Assembly (NCBI GenBank): GCA_963924815.1
Contig: CAWURO010000007.1
Span: 3,120-67,119, forward strand
Direction: 5' to 3'
DNA from: an uncultured Bacteroidia bacterium
GTDB lineage: Bacteria; Bacteroidota; Bacteroidia; NS11-12g; UBA9320
Length of the DNA stretch: 64,000 nucleotides
In this document: positions 17,623 to 26,113 of the stretch, in pieces
Layout of the letters: every line of letters begins with the position of its first letter
Numbering within the stretch: position 1 is the stretch's first letter
Notes under the pieces: generated by a model
Told to the model about the DNA's origin: nothing
The model's database searches: none
The model's input: the letters and a program-made list of their open reading frames with translations, nothing else
Program-made: the position numbers and the translations under genes

Positions 17623-18200
17623 AAGTCTTAGTCAATACTGGGTTTTACGAACATCTTTTTGCAACGGTAGATGCTCCGCAAGTTAAGGTTGATGAAAGTG
17701 GAAAATCGGAAGAAGACGAGCCTGTAGCCAGTGTTAAAATAGGCGGGTTGAGAGCCGTAATGCAAAGATCTCGCGAGAAGGTTGTAGAGAAAATAGAAGA
17801 AAAAAAGGTTGATACTTCTCTCACCCTAGCAGATATAACCCTAGAATCGAGTAAAGATATTTTAAAAGAATATGCTCAAAAGCTCATTTCAGGTAAGCGG
17901 GCTAGTTTAGCGTCATTCTTTGCAGACCCGCTAATAGAAGTCTTACAAAACAATATTCTCTTTACCGTAGGTTCTAAGATGGTAGCAGAAGAAATCAAAG
18001 AAGAATCACGGAAGGTTAAGGCTCTTTTTGCTGAAAAAGGGTATTTATTGGATAATCTTACGTGTACAGTAAATGCCGTAGAGGTCAATGAATATAAACT
18101 TTTCACACCAAAACAGCAATTTGATGATATGGCAAAGGAATTCCCATTGTTAGCTGATTTTGAGAGTCGATTTAACTTAGAGATTGAGTGGAATACTTAA
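17610..18200 (+). CDS. dnaX: dnaX -1-frame continuation (tau-specific linker plus C-terminal domain)
   Basis: By hand translation, the frame of track ORF 17748..18200 is open back to the A10 run (KPRLEVLVNTGFYEHLFATVDAPQVKVDESGKSEEDEPVASVKIGGL...). I found no ATG, no promoter box and no independent start signal. Confidence 0.6.
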   Translation, partial: KPRLEVLVNTGFYEHLFATVDAPQVKVDESGKSEEDEPVASVKIGGLRAVMQRSREKVVEKIEEKKVDTSLTLADITLESSKDILKEYAQKLISGKRASLASFFADPLIEVLQNNILFTVGSKMVAEEIKEESRKVKALFAEKGYLLDNLTCTVNAVEVNEYKLFTPKQQFDDMAKEFPLLADFESRFNLEIEWNT

Positions 18201-18243
18201 TCTATAGTTTAAAAATAGCTTGAAAAAGCGGGATTGGCGTATT

Positions 18244-18969
18244 CTAAAGCTCCGCTACGATAATCAGATTAGGCTCAAAAACCACATTATGCCATGTTCT
18301 GGCGGTACAAAAAAGTACCGTTTTTTTTAATGTTTTGTATTTCCACCAGCCTATGCTTCGGATGACTTCTTTAAGTGGATTGGTATTTCTAACAAGTCCA
18401 CCAAAAACTTCTACCTTTTCAAAACCTACGGCACTGGTTATTTGAAGAGCAGAACTTTTATTCAGAAAAACCTCATGGCTAATATCTCCATAAGCATAAA
18501 CACTGGTTTGAGGAGCATCCATATTTGGAGTTCTAAAAATGGCTTTTCCCCCCGGATTTAAACCCTTTTTTACGTTTAACAAGAAATCTATTAATTCGTT
18601 TTTAGTAAAATGTTCAATAATGTCTAAACCTACAATTACATCTACTTTTTCGCCCTTGGCAAAATAAGAGTCTATGCTACTATGGTGCACATTGGTCATG
18701 CCTAACATATGGGCAACGGCTACTTGTTCTTCACTGATGTCATAACCTGATACATGTGTGTATCCCGCATCCATTGCAGGTTTTACAAAAGTGCCAAACC
18801 CACAACCTAAATCCACTATTTTAGCCGATTTGTCTTGGGGTAAGAGAGCTAATAATTCGGCTCCGTTATGTGATGCTTGCTCGGCTAGCATACCGGCATA
18901 GTCTCGTGCTTGCTTATTTACTTGATTCGTAAAATAGTTATTATAAATAGTATCTCTGTACTCCAACAT
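18244..18969 (-). CDS. Class I SAM-dependent methyltransferase
   Basis: The SAM-binding motif I is VDLGCGFGTF, with an acidic residue in YDIS, and the layout fits a Methyltransf_11/23-like fold. I prefer the ATG at 18969. The substrate is unknown. Confidence 0.75.
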   Translation of the reverse strand: MLEYRDTIYNNYFTNQVNKQARDYAGMLAEQASHNGAELLALLPQDKSAKIVDLGCGFGTFVKPAMDAGYTHVSGYDISEEQVAVAHMLGMTNVHHSSIDSYFAKGEKVDVIVGLDIIEHFTKNELIDFLLNVKKGLNPGGKAIFRTPNMDAPQTSVYAYGDISHEVFLNKSSALQITSAVGFEKVEVFGGLVRNTNPLKEVIRSIGWWKYKTLKKTVLFCTARTWHNVVFEPNLIIVAEL

Positions 18970-18989
18970 TTCAGGTTGCAAACTTATAC

Positions 18990-18997
18990 TATTTTTG
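18990..18997 (+). promoter_or_regulatory. -7 box TATTTTTG, 4 nt before the rnhB ATG
   Basis: The sequence is TATTTTTG-ctcg-ATG(19002). Confidence 0.5.
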
Positions 18998-19001
18998 CTC
19001 G

Positions 19002-19592
19002 ATGCTCAAAAGCTATATGCACAAAGGACTGATAGAAGCGGGTTGCGATGAAGCTGGCCGAGGCTGCTTGGCAGGTCCTGTATATGCTGCAGCGGTTATT
19101 TTGCCTGTTGGCGTACGTCTGCCATTGCTAGATGATAGCAAAAAACTAAACGAAGCCACTAGAGATAAACTCCGTAAACAGATAGAAAGCAAAGCGTTGG
19201 CATGGGCGGTAGCGAGCTGTACCGAAAGGGAGATAGAGAAATACAATATATTGAACTGTAGTATTTTAGCAATGCATAGAGCGATTGAGATGTTATCAAT
19301 GCATCCGGAGCATTTGCTTATAGATGGTAACCGTTTTGAACCCTTAAATTTTATTCCGCATACCACTGTTGTGAAGGGAGATGGGATTTATAAAAGTATT
19401 GCCGCGGCCAGCATTTTGGCTAAAACCCATCGTGATGTCTATATGAAAGAGCTTGCTTTAATTCATCCTGAATTTGGATTTGAGCAGCACAAAGGATATG
19501 GAACCACGCAGCATATTGAGGCTATTGATAAATTGGGGTATCAAGATTGTCATCGAAAAACATTTGTTTTGAAGCGTGATAAAATAAAGTGA
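19002..19592 (+). CDS. rnhB: Ribonuclease HII
   Basis: 196 aa with the catalytic motif GCDEAGRGCLAGPV, plus DDSKKL and SIAAASILAK. Confidence 0.93.
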   Translation: MLKSYMHKGLIEAGCDEAGRGCLAGPVYAAAVILPVGVRLPLLDDSKKLNEATRDKLRKQIESKALAWAVASCTEREIEKYNILNCSILAMHRAIEMLSMHPEHLLIDGNRFEPLNFIPHTTVVKGDGIYKSIAAASILAKTHRDVYMKELALIHPEFGFEQHKGYGTTQHIEAIDKLGYQDCHRKTFVLKRDKIK

Positions 19593-19665
19593 TTATCCGG
19601 AATTCTATGATTATAGTCTTCTTGTTAAAAGTAGTAGTTCTTGATAACCGGGTGAATACTGTTAC

Positions 19666-19673
19666 TATCTTTG
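19666..19673 (+). promoter_or_regulatory. -7 box TATCTTTG upstream of the K+ channel gene
   Basis: The sequence is TATCTTTG followed by 9 nt and then ATG(19683). Confidence 0.45.
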
Positions 19674-19682
19674 CTACTTAAT

Positions 19683-20513
19683 ATGGCGCAATATCCATCG
19701 GTTAAAAATCTAGATTATAAGAATGCCAAAGAAAAGTGGCAGCATATTATTTTTGGAGCTGACACAGTAGAAGGTCGAAGATTTGATATTGGTCTACTTT
19801 GGGCTATTTTATTTAGCGTTATTTTACTTATCTTAGATAGTGTAAGTTCATTGCATGAAAAATATCTGCTCTTCTTTCAATATGCAGAGTACTTTTTTAC
19901 GGCCATATTTACCATAGAATATGCTACTCGACTCTATGTAAGCGATAGTTCCAAGAAGTATATGTTTAGCTTTTATGGTGTTGTTGATTTATTAAGCACT
20001 ATCCCAACCTATCTTACCTTCTTTTTACCTGCTTATGGTTTGTTTAGAATATTGAGATCCATTCGATTATTGAGAATATTTAAGGTTTTAAGTCTTACTA
20101 GTTTTATGGGTGAAGCCCAAGGTATGGGTAAAGCGCTGAAGCGAAGTGGAGCAAAAATAACGGTGTTTTTTGGAGTAGTATTAGTGACTGTATTGGTGAT
20201 GGGCACTGTTATGTATGTCATAGAACCTGAAGAAGCAGGTTTTTCTAATATACCTATTAGTATAAATTGGGCAATTGTTACCATTACCACCGTGGGTTAT
20301 GGAAATATGGTGCCTGTTACCCCGCTGGGACAAATTTTAAGTTCTATACTTATGCTGTTGGGGTATGCAATTATTGCAGTGCCAACGGGTATAGTAAGCG
20401 TGGAAATGGCTAAGGATGACAAAAAAAACATCTTGTGTACTAAGTGCAATTTTATTGAAAATGACGATGCTGCCAACTATTGTAGAAAATGCGGAAACGA
20501 GCTGAAGAAATAA
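19683..20513 (+). CDS. Voltage-gated-type (6TM) potassium channel with a C-terminal zinc ribbon
   Basis: An S4-like helix RILRSIRLLRIFKVL has Arg at every third position. The selectivity filter is TTVGYGN. The C-terminus is a CxxC...CxxC ribbon (CTKCNF...YCRKCGNEL). I prefer the ATG at 19683, because the track TTG at 19671 lies inside a TATCTTTG box. Confidence 0.85.
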   Translation: MAQYPSVKNLDYKNAKEKWQHIIFGADTVEGRRFDIGLLWAILFSVILLILDSVSSLHEKYLLFFQYAEYFFTAIFTIEYATRLYVSDSSKKYMFSFYGVVDLLSTIPTYLTFFLPAYGLFRILRSIRLLRIFKVLSLTSFMGEAQGMGKALKRSGAKITVFFGVVLVTVLVMGTVMYVIEPEEAGFSNIPISINWAIVTITTVGYGNMVPVTPLGQILSSILMLLGYAIIAVPTGIVSVEMAKDDKKNILCTKCNFIENDDAANYCRKCGNELKK

Positions 20514-20653
20514 AAGATTACTACATAAACGAGGATGGAAATCTTGTTTTCACAAGAGATTATCATCTTAATAGAGGAACGTGCTGTGGCAATAGGTGCT
20601 TACATTGCCCTTTTGACTATATTAATGTTCCGAATCCAACTAATAAAAGTTGA
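20489..20653 (+). CDS. Small Cys-rich protein (CCGxxCxHCP motif, DUF5522-like), absent from the ORF track
   Basis: Hand translation gives MRKRAEEIKDYYINEDGNLVFTRDYHLNRGTCCGNRCLHCPFDYINVPNPTNKS (54 aa). From memory it resembles a small conserved Bacteroidota family with the Y-H-L-x-R-G-x-CCGxGCxHCPY pattern. It overlaps the channel gene's 3' end by 25 nt. Confidence 0.6.
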   Translation: MRKRAEEIKDYYINEDGNLVFTRDYHLNRGTCCGNRCLHCPFDYINVPNPTNKS

Positions 20654-20658
20654 ATCGG

Positions 20659-21882
20659 TTAACGGAAATTAATACTTTGGCTAGGTTCTATTTTGTTGAT
20701 GAGTCTTACCGGGATATAGGTAAACACAAAACAGACCAACAGTGCAGCAATATTAATCAGTATCAAATAACTTAAGGGTAAGGTGAAAGGGACGGCATCC
20801 ATATAATACGTGTCTGCAGAAAGCTTTATAATTTTGTATTGCACTTGAAGATAAGCAGCACCTAAGGCCACAGCATTACCCATAACGAGGCCACCTATGA
20901 GGATGAATAATCCTTGCCAATTAAAAATACTCATGATTTTTCCAGAATGTGCGCCCATAGCTTTTAGTAATCCAATCATAGGAATACGTTCAATTATTAA
21001 AATTAAAAGAACCGTAATGATGTTGATAATGGCCACCACAAACATTAAAATAATAATGACTACCACATTGGTGTCCACGATTTCTAGCCACTGAAATATG
21101 GTTGGATATAAATCTTCGGCGGTATTTATGGCATAGTTATAATTAAATAGATTAATCAATGCTTCTTGTACTCGCTTTGGTTCTACACCTTCTGTAGATT
21201 TTATCTCGTAACCAGCTGCTAAAGAGTAACTAGTGTCATTTACAACCCGCTGCACCGCTCGTAAGTGCATTACCCCAAATTGCTTATCAAACTCTTGTAA
21301 TCCGGTATTATAGATCCCGATAATTTTTGGCTTACGCATGCGTACATTGTCATTATCTATAAAATATAGATTTATCCTATCCCCAGTGTCTACGCCCATA
21401 ATAGTGGCTGTATACTCTGAAAGTAAAATGTCATACGAATCTATCGTGTCGGTATAGTGGGGTAAAGTGCCTCGTTTCAGGTGTTTCTTATAAAATGAGA
21501 AATCATAATTTGCAGGAATACCTTTTAAGATAATACCTTCCAACGTAGAGTCTGACTTTAAAATGCCTGCTTTATTTATAAATGGGAAGGCAGATGCGAT
21601 AGACTGCTCCTTATTTATCGTGGCTAATAGTTGCTCATTGACAATAAATAGGTTGCTTTCACTTCCGGTAGCTAATTGATATTGAGTAACACTTACATCA
21701 CCCGTATAGCCTCGTACCTTTTCACGAATTTCTTTTTTAAAACCAAGGAGTATACCAAATGATAGAATGACCACGCATATGCTTAGTGATACTGCTGCTA
21801 TGGCTAGTACAGTGATCGTTTTAGTGAACGATTGTTGCTTACTTAAGCTTAACTTCTTGGCTATATAGTACCCTATTTGCAT
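20659..21882 (-). CDS. ABC transporter permease, LolE/FtsX family
   Basis: 407 aa with an N-terminal TM helix, a periplasmic domain, and a C-terminal FtsX domain (ERIPMIGLLKAMGA). Confidence 0.85.
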   Translation of the reverse strand: MQIGYYIAKKLSLSKQQSFTKTITVLAIAAVSLSICVVILSFGILLGFKKEIREKVRGYTGDVSVTQYQLATGSESNLFIVNEQLLATINKEQSIASAFPFINKAGILKSDSTLEGIILKGIPANYDFSFYKKHLKRGTLPHYTDTIDSYDILLSEYTATIMGVDTGDRINLYFIDNDNVRMRKPKIIGIYNTGLQEFDKQFGVMHLRAVQRVVNDTSYSLAAGYEIKSTEGVEPKRVQEALINLFNYNYAINTAEDLYPTIFQWLEIVDTNVVVIIILMFVVAIINIITVLLILIIERIPMIGLLKAMGAHSGKIMSIFNWQGLFILIGGLVMGNAVALGAAYLQVQYKIIKLSADTYYMDAVPFTLPLSYLILINIAALLVCFVFTYIPVRLINKIEPSQSINFR

Positions 21883-21889
21883 ACTTTTG
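21882..21889 (+). promoter_or_regulatory. -7 box TACTTTTG upstream of the DUF1343 gene
   Basis: TACTTTTGACCCC lies 23 nt before the ATG at 21913. The box abuts the start codon of the divergent permease gene. Confidence 0.45.
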
Positions 21890-21912
21890 ACCCCGCAAGA
21901 TTATAAACTTAA

Positions 21913-23151
21913 ATGAAGAAATATGTAATAATCTTCTTTTTGATGATCATTTTTATGGCATGTGAGTCTGCCGGATCTCCGAAGGAAGAAACAAATCGAG
22001 GTAGAGTTGTCACCACAGAAGGTGTAGACGGCATGCTAGAGGAGATTGTAGACATTGTTGTAGGTGCTGCTAAAACAGCAGATTACTTGCCTTTTTTAAA
22101 AGGTAAACGGGTGGCAATGGTAGTTAATCAGACAAGCACCATTGGCTCAGTTCATTTGGTGGATACGCTTAAAAATTTAGGAGTTAATGTAAAAAAAGTA
22201 TTCGCACCTGAACACGGTTTTAGGGGAGATCACAGTGCGGGCGCTATAATCAAAAATGGGTTAGATGTAAAAACGGGTTTGCCCGTAGTTTCCTTGTATG
22301 GAGCTAATAAGAAACCAACCTTAGAAATGCTGAAAGATATAGATGTGGTTGTTTTTGATATTCAAGATGTTGGTGTTCGTTTTTACACCTATATCTCTAC
22401 GATGCACTATATAATGGAAGCATGTGCAGAGCTGGGTAAAAAAGTATTAATTTTAGATAGGCCTAATCCAAATGGATTTTATGTAGATGGTCCTGTTTTG
22501 GAAAAAGAGTTCACCTCTTTTATCGGCATGCATCCTATTCCGCTGGTTCATGGACTTACCGTAGGAGAGCTAGCTCTTATGATAAATGGGGAATCATGGC
22601 TCAAAGGAGGCGTAACCTGTGAGCTCAAAATAGTGACTTGCGATAACTATGATCACACTAGCTTATACCATTTACCTATTAAGCCATCGCCTAATTTGCC
22701 CAATATGAATTCGGTATATCTTTATCCTTATCTAGGTCTTTTTGAGGGAACTAATGTTAGTGTTGGCCGTGGAACTCCTACCCCGTTTCAAATAGTGGGT
22801 CGTCCAGGTGTAAAAGGAGACATTGAGTTTACTCCGATATCTATTCCAGGTGTTGCAGATGATCCAAAGCATCAGGATAAGATTTGTGGTGGTTTTGAGG
22901 TACACGATGCGGAGGACGAGTCTTTTTTTGCCTCTCCAAAGTTAAATCTGAGTTGGTTAATCTTATTTTATGAAAATAATAGGGAAGAAGATGGCGAATT
23001 TTTTAAAAGTTTCATTTATAAATTATGTGGTACCAAATCACTGTCAGAGCAAATAGAACAAGGGAAAAGTGCCGATGAAATACGTGCGTTATGGCAGCCC
23101 GAATTAGAAAAATATAAAGAGTTAAGAAAAAAATATCTTTTGTATCCTTAG
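21913..23151 (+). CDS. DUF1343-family protein (exo-beta-N-acetylmuramidase NamZ-like)
   Basis: 412 aa with a lipoprotein-like signal (MACES) and DUF1343 hallmarks (VVNQTS, FAPEHGFRG, DIQDVGVRFYTY, LDRPNP). Confidence 0.8.
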   Translation: MKKYVIIFFLMIIFMACESAGSPKEETNRGRVVTTEGVDGMLEEIVDIVVGAAKTADYLPFLKGKRVAMVVNQTSTIGSVHLVDTLKNLGVNVKKVFAPEHGFRGDHSAGAIIKNGLDVKTGLPVVSLYGANKKPTLEMLKDIDVVVFDIQDVGVRFYTYISTMHYIMEACAELGKKVLILDRPNPNGFYVDGPVLEKEFTSFIGMHPIPLVHGLTVGELALMINGESWLKGGVTCELKIVTCDNYDHTSLYHLPIKPSPNLPNMNSVYLYPYLGLFEGTNVSVGRGTPTPFQIVGRPGVKGDIEFTPISIPGVADDPKHQDKICGGFEVHDAEDESFFASPKLNLSWLILFYENNREEDGEFFKSFIYKLCGTKSLSEQIEQGKSADEIRALWQPELEKYKELRKKYLLYP

Positions 23152-23176
23152 TCTTGGTTAATTAAAAATTAATTAA

Positions 23177-23196
23177 CATCTTTGCAGCCCTAAAAA
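23177..23196 (+). promoter_or_regulatory. rpmB operon promoter: cATCTTTG plus CAGCCCTAAAAA
   Basis: CATCTTTGCAGCCCTAAAAA matches the -7 consensus at 7 of 8 positions. It shares a 16-nt identity with the rpsF promoter and ends 8 nt before the ATG at 23205. Confidence 0.5.
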
Positions 23197-23204
23197 ACGA
23201 AGGA

Positions 23205-23438
23205 ATGTCAAGAGTTTGTGATTTAACAGGTAAGAAAGCGATGAGCGGGAACAATGTCTCTCACTCGAAAAGAAGAACTAAAAGAAGGTTTTATCCAAAC
23301 CTTCAAACTAAAAGATTCTGGCTGCCTGAGCAAGATGAGTGGATTACACTTAAAATAAGTACATCAGCATTAAAAACCATCAATAAGAAAGGTATTACTG
23401 CTTGTTTAAATAATTTGTTAAAAAACGGTAAAATATAA
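23205..23438 (+). CDS. rpmB: 50S ribosomal protein L28
   Basis: 77 aa carrying the L28 signature MSRVCDLTGKKAMSGNNVSHSKRRTKRRFYPNLQ. Confidence 0.95.
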   Translation: MSRVCDLTGKKAMSGNNVSHSKRRTKRRFYPNLQTKRFWLPEQDEWITLKISTSALKTINKKGITACLNNLLKNGKI

Positions 23439-23441
23439 CAG

Positions 23442-23624
23442 ATGGCGAAGAAAGGAAATAGAGTACAAGTAATCTTGGAGTGTACCGAGCAAAAAGGTAC
23501 TAACGTACCAGGGATGTCAAGATACATCACTACCAAGAATAAGAGAAATACTACGGAACGTCTTGAGCTTAAGAAGTACAATCCGTTTATGAAAAAAGTA
23601 ACCGTACACAAAGAAATTAAATAA
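23442..23624 (+). CDS. rpmG: 50S ribosomal protein L33
   Basis: 60 aa reading [18 protein letters not shown]...[21 protein letters not shown]. Confidence 0.95.
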   Translation: MAKKGNRVQVILECTEQKGTNVPGMSRYITTKNKRNTTERLELKKYNPFMKKVTVHKEIK

Positions 23625-23625
23625 G

Positions 23626-23781
23626 ATGGCAAAGAAAGTAGTTGCAACGTTAAAGAAAGAAGGTTCGGGTAGAGACTGGGCTAAGCTTGTAAGATGCGTT
23701 AAGTCTCCTAAAACGGGTGCTTATTCGTTCAGAGAAGAAATGATTCCTACTGAAGCTGTAAAGGCGGCTTTGGCTAAATAA
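23626..23781 (+). CDS. DUF4295-family small protein, absent from the ORF track
   Basis: Hand translation gives MAKKVVATLKKEGSGRDWAKLVRCVKSPKTGAYSFREEMIPTEAVKAALAK (51 aa). It sits immediately after rpmG, as in the Bacteroidota rpmB-rpmG-DUF4295 arrangement. Confidence 0.75.
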   Translation: MAKKVVATLKKEGSGRDWAKLVRCVKSPKTGAYSFREEMIPTEAVKAALAK

Positions 23782-23810
23782 GATATCCAAATAAAATATT
23801 TTTTATAGTG

Positions 23811-23845
23811 AAAAGCTTCCTACTTTTGATGGGAAGCTTTTTTAT
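23811..23845 (+). terminator. Rho-independent terminator after rpmB-rpmG-DUF4295
   Basis: AAAAGCTTCC (23811..23820) pairs with GGAAGCTTTT (23832..23841), followed by a T-run. Confidence 0.8.
23821..23828 (+). promoter_or_regulatory. -7 box TACTTTTG for ftsY, embedded in the loop of the preceding terminator
   Basis: An exact TAnnTTTG lies inside hairpin 23811..23841, 28 nt before the ATG at 23857. Confidence 0.45.
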
Positions 23846-23856
23846 GTTTATACCTA

Positions 23857-24804
23857 ATGGGTTTATTAGATTTTTTTAAGAAGAAACCAACCGAAGAACA
23901 AAAGGTAAAGTTAGATGAAGGTCTAGAAAAAACCCGTTCCTCTTTTATTTCTAAAATTTCAAAAGTAGTAGTAGGCAAAAGCTCTATTAGCGAGGATTTT
24001 TTAGATGAATTAGAAGAGGTACTTATTTCTTCTGATGTTGGGGTTAATACAACCGTTAAAATAATCGATCGGATAGAAGCAAGAGTTTCGCGTGATAAAT
24101 ACCTTTCTGAAATAGAGCTTAATGAAATGCTCAAGGAGGAAATTACTAATCTTCTCGCAGAAACGGAGAAGCCAATTCATAACACTGATGTAAAACCATA
24201 CGTTATTATGGTAGTAGGTGTGAACGGCGTAGGAAAGACAACTACCATTGGTAAACTTGCTAATATGTTCAAAAATCAAGGATTGAAAGTGGTATTAGGT
24301 GCTGGTGATACGTTTAGAGCGGCAGCCGTTGATCAACTTAAAATTTGGGGCGAACGAGTAGGAGTAGAGGTCGTCGCAAAGGGGATGGATACCGATCCTG
24401 CTGCTGTAGCCTTTGAAGCAGTTAAATATGGTGCCGAAAATAACGCAGATGTAGTGATCATTGACACCGCTGGTCGTTTACACAATAAAATTAACCTTAT
24501 GAACGAGCTTTCTAAAATAAAGCGAGTTATGGATAAGCAAGTACTTGGTGCGCCTCATGAAGTGCTTTTGGTATTAGATGCCTCAACAGGTCAAAATGCT
24601 TTTGAACAAGCAAAGCAATTTACCGCAGCTACTGAAGTTACTTCTTTGGCACTTACCAAGTTGGATGGAACTGCTAAAGGTGGTGTTGTAATAGGAATTA
24701 GTGACCAGTTCAGTATCCCTGTTAAATATATAGGAGTAGGCGAGCAAATGAATGATTTGCAGCTTTTTGACAGTAAAAATTATGTAGAATCACTTTTCTC
24801 TTAA
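23857..24804 (+). CDS. ftsY: Signal recognition particle receptor FtsY
   Basis: 315 aa with an SRP GTPase NG domain: GVNGVGKTTTIGKLA, DTAGRL and TKLDGTAKGG. Confidence 0.95.
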   Translation: MGLLDFFKKKPTEEQKVKLDEGLEKTRSSFISKISKVVVGKSSISEDFLDELEEVLISSDVGVNTTVKIIDRIEARVSRDKYLSEIELNEMLKEEITNLLAETEKPIHNTDVKPYVIMVVGVNGVGKTTTIGKLANMFKNQGLKVVLGAGDTFRAAAVDQLKIWGERVGVEVVAKGMDTDPAAVAFEAVKYGAENNADVVIIDTAGRLHNKINLMNELSKIKRVMDKQVLGAPHEVLLVLDASTGQNAFEQAKQFTAATEVTSLALTKLDGTAKGGVVIGISDQFSIPVKYIGVGEQMNDLQLFDSKNYVESLFS

Positions 24805-26112
24805 ATGAAAACTAAAACACACAAACCCAATAAGGTTTCAATTATAACCTTAGGTTGTTCAAAAAATACAGTAGACTCTGAAGTATTGCAGTCTCAACTA
24901 ACAGGCGGCAGAGTTCACTCAGTTCATGAAGATACCACCGATGCCGATACCATTATTATTAACACCTGTGGTTTTATCGATAACGCTAAGCAAGAAAGTA
25001 TCGATACCATTCTGCAATTTGCCGAAGAGAAAAAAGCAGGTAACATCGAAAACTTAATAGTTACGGGATGTCTCTCGGAGCGATATAAAGAAGATTTATC
25101 TCCAGAAATACCCGAAGTAGATAAATGGTATGGCACTTTTGAGTTACCTCAGTTGCTTAATCATTTGGGAGTGGACTATAAAAAAGAACTTCTTGGTGAG
25201 CGCAAGTCTTCGGTTTCGAGACATTATGCCTACATGAAAATATCAGAAGGTTGTGATAGACCATGTTCTTTTTGTGCAATCCCTCTTATGCGTGGCAAAC
25301 ATGTTTCTAAATCTATTGATGAACTAGTAGCTGAGGCTAAGGGACTGGTACGAGATGGAATTAAAGAAATTATGCTTATTGCACAAGATTCTACGTACTA
25401 TGGAATAGACTTGTATGGCGAGCGCAGACTTCACGAACTTATGGACAGACTTAGCGATATTGAAGGTCTAGAATGGCTGAGATTACACTATGCATATCCT
25501 TCTAAGTTTCCGTTTGAGGTGTTGCCTATTATAAATAGCAAACCCAATATTTGTAAATATATAGATATCCCAATTCAGCATATTTCAGATAATGTACTCA
25601 AAACAATGAGAAGAGGAATTACCAAACGCCGTACGGAAGAGGTATTAGATAGAATAAAAGCTGAGGTGAGTGGTATTGCTTTACGTACGACCTTATTGGT
25701 AGGGCATCCTGGAGAATATGAACAAGATTTTGAGGAATTAAAATCATTTGTGGAGCAGTACAAGTTTAACAGACTTGGCGTGTTTACCTATTCTCATGAG
25801 GGTGGAACGCACGCAGGCACACTTGAAGATCATGTGGCAGCGGAAATAAAAGCTGCACGAGCTGAAGAGATTATGGGGATTCAACATGACATTTCTTTTA
25901 TGCATAATCAGGCATTAGTGGGTTCAGAGCAAAAGATTATCATTGATCGGATAGAAGGTGATTTTTATATGGGGCGTACACAATTCGATTCTCCCGATGT
26001 AGATAATGAAGTTTTACTTCCATTAAGCAGTGGATATTTGAGATTAGGCGATTTTGTGAATGTTCGGATTACAGAAGCAGAGCCATTTGACTTGATAGGT
26101 CAGCTATTGTAA
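24805..26112 (+). CDS. rimO: Ribosomal protein S12 methylthiotransferase RimO
   Basis: 435 aa with a UPF0004 N-terminal domain (three Cys: GCSKN, NTCGF, GCL), the radical-SAM motif CDRPCSFC, and a C-terminal TRAM domain. Confidence 0.92.
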   Translation: MKTKTHKPNKVSIITLGCSKNTVDSEVLQSQLTGGRVHSVHEDTTDADTIIINTCGFIDNAKQESIDTILQFAEEKKAGNIENLIVTGCLSERYKEDLSPEIPEVDKWYGTFELPQLLNHLGVDYKKELLGERKSSVSRHYAYMKISEGCDRPCSFCAIPLMRGKHVSKSIDELVAEAKGLVRDGIKEIMLIAQDSTYYGIDLYGERRLHELMDRLSDIEGLEWLRLHYAYPSKFPFEVLPIINSKPNICKYIDIPIQHISDNVLKTMRRGITKRRTEEVLDRIKAEVSGIALRTTLLVGHPGEYEQDFEELKSFVEQYKFNRLGVFTYSHEGGTHAGTLEDHVAAEIKAARAEEIMGIQHDISFMHNQALVGSEQKIIIDRIEGDFYMGRTQFDSPDVDNEVLLPLSSGYLRLGDFVNVRITEAEPFDLIGQLL

Positions 26113-26113
26113 T

